Source of the DNA: a virus
Lineage: Duplodnaviria; Caudoviricetes
Direction: 5' to 3' (one strand)
Length of the DNA stretch: 64,000 nt
IMG/VR virus record: IMGVR_UViG_3300011337_000669
The notes under the pieces were generated by a model. That model was not told the origin of the DNA, made no database searches, and was given only the letters and a program-made list of their open reading frames with translations. A program made the position numbers and the translations under genes. The first letter of the stretch is position 1; every line of letters starts with the position of its first letter. Shown piece after piece: positions 63,999 through 64,000 of the stretch.

Positions 63999-64000
63999 TG
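63061..64000 (-). repeat. Coding tandem repeat ([16 protein letters not shown] units, ~12-nt period)
   Basis: Degenerate gttggtgt/gtaggagt units throughout; about 300 codons almost entirely T, P, N, Q, E, A. Confidence 0.9.

Noticed and set aside
63061-64000. CRISPR array or non-coding tandem repeat
   Set aside because: Units are short, degenerate at third codon positions, have no unique spacers, and encode in-frame Thr/Pro repeats.
1-64000. Eukaryotic giant virus (NCLDV) origin suggested by GH7-like, alveolin-like, LRR and HNH genes
   Set aside because: Sigma-70, peptidoglycan amidase, PG-binding domain, DnaG primase, Dam, Bacteroidota promoters and intrinsic terminators all indicate a bacteriophage.
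1-64000. Stop-codon reassignment as in some huge phages
   Set aside because: Long conserved genes (sbcC, primase, sigma, dnaJ) are intact under code 11, and the two gene splits involve TAA stops plus frame changes, not in-frame TAG/TGA.
1-64000. DGR, retron or other reverse-transcriptase system
   Set aside because: No YxDD-type RT ORF and no template/variable repeat pair differing at adenines was seen.

Overview
AT-rich, densely coding 64 kb segment of a large tailed dsDNA bacteriophage (jumbo/'huge phage' type). Most genes are on the minus strand and the genetic code is standard. The host is very probably in Bacteroidota: many genes carry complete TTTG-N19-21-TAnnTT(T/A)G promoters, and the window encodes a Bacteroidota-like sigma-70, a Hc1-type histone-like protein and SprB-like repeats. 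Content: replication/recombination genes (DnaG primase, SbcC and a split SbcD nuclease, RuvC-like resolvase, PD-(D/E)xK exonuclease); three DNA methyltransferase genes (one in a split type IIG-like RM pair); auxiliary metabolic genes (SpeD-like, CysC plus a HIGH nucleotidyltransferase, NDP-sugar dehydrogenase and epimerase, Trx/Grx, DnaJ, Nudix, DHH, ferritin-like); a probable lysis block with an Amidase_2; six free-standing endonuclease genes; and the start of a virion structural region with Thr/Pro-rich linkers and LamG, SprB-like and Kelch domains. The most striking observations are (1) a lipoprotein carrying, in order, the motifs of eukaryotic GH7 cellulases, (2) an SbcD/Mre11 nuclease gene cut in two by a free-standing endonuclease with no room for an intron, (3) a GIY-YIG nuclease embedded in eight ~47-aa helical repeats, (4) an RM gene split exactly at a new promoter, and (5) a phage-specific TATTTAT promoter motif that largely tracks proteins sharing a short N-terminal '...II/LxE(Q/E)' tag. 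No tRNA, rRNA, CRISPR array or reverse transcriptase was recognised. Family calls come from motif recognition by eye, not from database searches.
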